Of a DNA stretch of 64,000 bases, positions 61,131 to 64,000 are shown one piece after another. Where the stretch lies: positions 10,044,001 to 10,108,000 of the forward strand of contig NC_043007.1 in NCBI RefSeq assembly GCF_006345805.1, given 5' to 3'. Each line of letters begins with the position of its first letter. The stretch's first letter is position 1. The notes beneath the pieces are model-generated. The model was not told where the DNA came from. It did no database searches and was given only the letters and a program-made list of their open reading frames with translations. The translations under genes were made by a program, and so were the position numbers. The stretch comes from Octopus sinensis (Eukaryota).

Positions 61131-63736
61131 AGAATGTTCAGAGGTTGATCAGAAAGGATCAGCCAAATCACAGTTGCCCTTCTACATCAGCAAAGGAAAG
61201 TTTAAGATTTTCTGTTTAACTGACTCAATCGTAACACAAGAGATGGATGCCTTTTGCCAAAGAAAAATTATCTTTTCTGCTACAAACTTGACAATTTGTT
61301 TAATTTATTTTAATGTCTATTTTAAAATCTAGACCTCACGTAACACATATATTTGGTTACCTGGTATTAAAAATAATAAAGAAAACAATGTCAAAAAGTC
61401 TACTTATTTCACATAATTTCAAAATTTCAAGTGTGTTGCGGAGCCTGAAGATATAAATTTTAGAGCTTGAGATTTTAACAGTTTTGTTTTTAAAGGATTT
61501 CACAAAAGAAAATCAATTTGTAACAATGAATGTAAAAGATAAAATGAGGGACGGCAAATGTGTTATAAATTGATTTTTTGCTCATTATTCAAAATTTCAA
61601 GTGGGATGCGGAGCCTGAAGATGTAAATTTAAGAACTTCAGATTTTAACACAGTTGTTTTTAAAGGATTTCACAATAAAAAATATATTCTTGAAAACATA
61701 TTTCAAAAATCTGTGTAAAAAATATCTTTTTCTCCCCACCCTAGTATACATATCAAGATCTTCAATCAATGTGTATTCCAACCATGACCATCCTACCTTT
61801 TTAGGAGAACACCTAAACACACCATTCAATGTGTTTACCCCTTCTTTTACAAACCAAAGTCAGGAATATTATAGGGAGATTTGGCTGCTATTTTTAGCAG
61901 GTCAAGTGATCTCAAAGGGATATAAAACAAGATGTTTATATCATTATTTATCTGTTGTTTCAGACTGTGACCATGCTGGAGTACCACCTTGAAGAGTTTT
62001 AGTCAAACAGATCGACCCTAGTATTTATATTTTAAGTTTGCTACTTTTTCAGTCTGTCTCTTTTGGTAAACTGCTAAGATAGGGAACATAAACAAACCAA
62101 CACTGGTTATCAAGCATTGTGTAAGTGTACTCTTGGAGTGGTGGGCATTAGGAAGGGCATCCACCGTAGAAACCATGCCATATCAGATTGGAACCTGGTA
62201 CAGCTCTCCAGCTTATCAGTTTTAGTCAAACTGTTTAATCCATGCTAGCATGGAGAACAGACACTAAATGATGATGAGGATGATGATGATGATGGGCTTT
62301 CACTCATTTTCATGTCTACAAAATTCACTCCCAAAGCACTAGTCAACCTGGGGCTATAGTAGAAGACACTTGTTTAAGGTGCCACGCTGTGGGACTGAAC
62401 CCAAAACCATGTGGCTGCAAAGCAAGTTTTTTGACCATACGGCCATGCCTGCACCTTCTTATGAACATCATCATCATCTAACGTTTGTTTTCCATGCTGG
62501 CATGGGTTGGACTCTTTCACAGAAGCTGCACCAGACTCTAATTGTCTGTTTTGGCATCGTATCTATGGCCTTAATGCCGGCCACTTTACAGAGCATACTG
62601 GAAAAGGGGCTGGCATTAGAAACATAAAAAATATTTCTTTTACTTTTCCTATAAATATTAAATTTTACACTTTTTTCAAGAAATCGGCTTCTTTCTTATG
62701 TTATTTGCTGCATGAGTGGAGCCTGTCCTGAAGGTAAATAACAGGACAGGTTTAGACTACTTAGTAACTGTTCTCATGTCTGCAATAGAATAACCACTTG
62801 GTTCTTCTACTACATTTAATAATTGTTATCTGGAAAAACTTCGAATATCTGGTCTCTCATATGATATCCTCTCTCTCTGACTTATTTATCATCATCATTA
62901 TTATTGTTTAACGTCTGCTTTCTATGCTGGCATGGGTTGGACGGTTTGACTGAAAACTGGTAAGCCAAGGGGCTGCATCAGGTTCCAGTCTGATTTGGCA
63001 AGATTTCTACGGCTGGGTGCCCTTCCTAATGCCAACCACTCTGAGAGTGTAGAGGGTGCTTTTTACATGCCATCGACATGGGTGCCATTGACCTGACACC
63101 AGCACTGGCTACGACTACGGTCTCACTTGGATTGACTAATCAACACAAGCACTGTATATCGCCAAGAGTTTTAATCACTTGTCACTGCCCCCATGACTGC
63201 ATTTCACTTCAGTACTAGGTCCTTTCCTTATCACTCATACTCATAGGAAGATGAATAGAATGGAGCAAAATGAAAGTGTTTTACTCAAGAGCACAACACA
63301 CTGCCCAGTCTGGCAATTGAAATCACAATTTTGTGATCATGAGTACAACACCCCAACCTCTAGGCCAAATACCGTCACTAAGTATAGTGATAGATTTAAT
63401 CAAGGTGCCATGCTGTGGAACTGAACCCAAAACCATGTGACTGAAAAGCAAGTTTTTTGACCATGCCTACACCTACTTCGGAGTGGTTGGCGTTAGGAAG
63501 GGCATCCCGCTGTAGAGAAACTCTGCTAGATCAAGATTGAAGCCTGGTGCAGCCATCAGGTTGGTCAGCCCTCAGTCAATCGTCCAACCCATGCTAGCAT
63601 GGAAAGCGGACGTTGGACGATGATGATGATGATGACTCCTCTCTTTCAAAATATGCAATTTTGTGCCTAAGTTAGACATTGTTAATTGTTCATTCGTTTG
63701 TTTGTTCATTCACGAGAGTTTCTTTTTCTTCTGCAG

Positions 63737-64000
63737 ATGAACGGAACTTCAAATGTGCATGGCCAGACTGTGGTAAGGCGTTTCGTCACTCAGATAACTT
63801 GAAAGTACACTACCTACAACATACCAATGAAAAGCCAGTCAAGTGTAATCTGTGTGATTTTACGTGTCGTCAAAAGAGTTCTCTTCATTGGCACAAGCGT
63901 AAACGGCATGCCAACGAAATTGCACCCGCATTAAAAGTGGAACCCAAGAAAGAAATTGTCAGCACCAGTTCTGCAGCGAGCGCAGTTGTTGCACAGGTTA
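63737..64000 (+). CDS. C2H2 zinc-finger protein, second coding exon (incomplete at window end)
   Basis: Polypyrimidine tract and CTGCAG acceptor at 63721-63736. Phase matches the upstream donor (G|AT = Asp), giving HT-DERNFKCAWPDCGKAFRHSDNLKVHYLQHTNEKPVKCNLCDFTCRQKSSLHWHKRKRH..., open to 64000. CAG|GTTA at 63996/63997 could be a donor but cannot be judged. Confidence 0.92.

Larger units (their letters stand above)
53278..63736 (+). other. GT-AG intron of the zinc-finger gene (10,459 nt, repeat-filled)
   Basis: GTAAGA donor and TTCTTCTGCAG acceptor join two in-frame zinc-finger exons across a TDER linker. Small intervening exons cannot be excluded but none were seen. Confidence 0.85.

Overview
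AT-rich animal genomic DNA, almost certainly an octopod cephalopod (inferred from the SINE families and microsatellite style). One protein-coding gene is supported: a plus-strand C2H2 zinc-finger gene. It has a 2.9-kb coding exon (ATG 50358, donor after 53277), a 10.5-kb phase-1 intron, and a second coding exon from 63737 that runs off the window end. Its last four fingers align with the ZFP91/ZNF653/ZNF692/ZNF276 family. The rest is a dense, nested transposon landscape: three or four tRNA-derived SINE families, RTE 3'-end repeats, R4/Dong, CR1 and L1/Tx1-like LINE relics, piggyBac-type TTAA MITEs, Helentron/Helitron-type elements, a Tc1/mariner relic, a full-length but decayed Chapaev3-like DNA transposon, and long (TA)n/(TG)n microsatellites. 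Most interesting signal: a 248-bp element flanked by a perfect 13-bp target-site duplication (60883-61130, minus strand) that joins a tRNA-like Pol III head to a minimal Penelope-type hammerhead ribozyme. A second, degenerate hammerhead-bearing unit lies at 44311-44612. Also notable are long fold-back palindromes of RTE-derived repeats, one about 130 nt downstream of the zinc-finger exon's splice donor (candidate dsRNA/ADAR substrate). All family names come from motif recognition by eye, not database searches. Repeat boundaries are approximate unless TSDs or TIRs are given.
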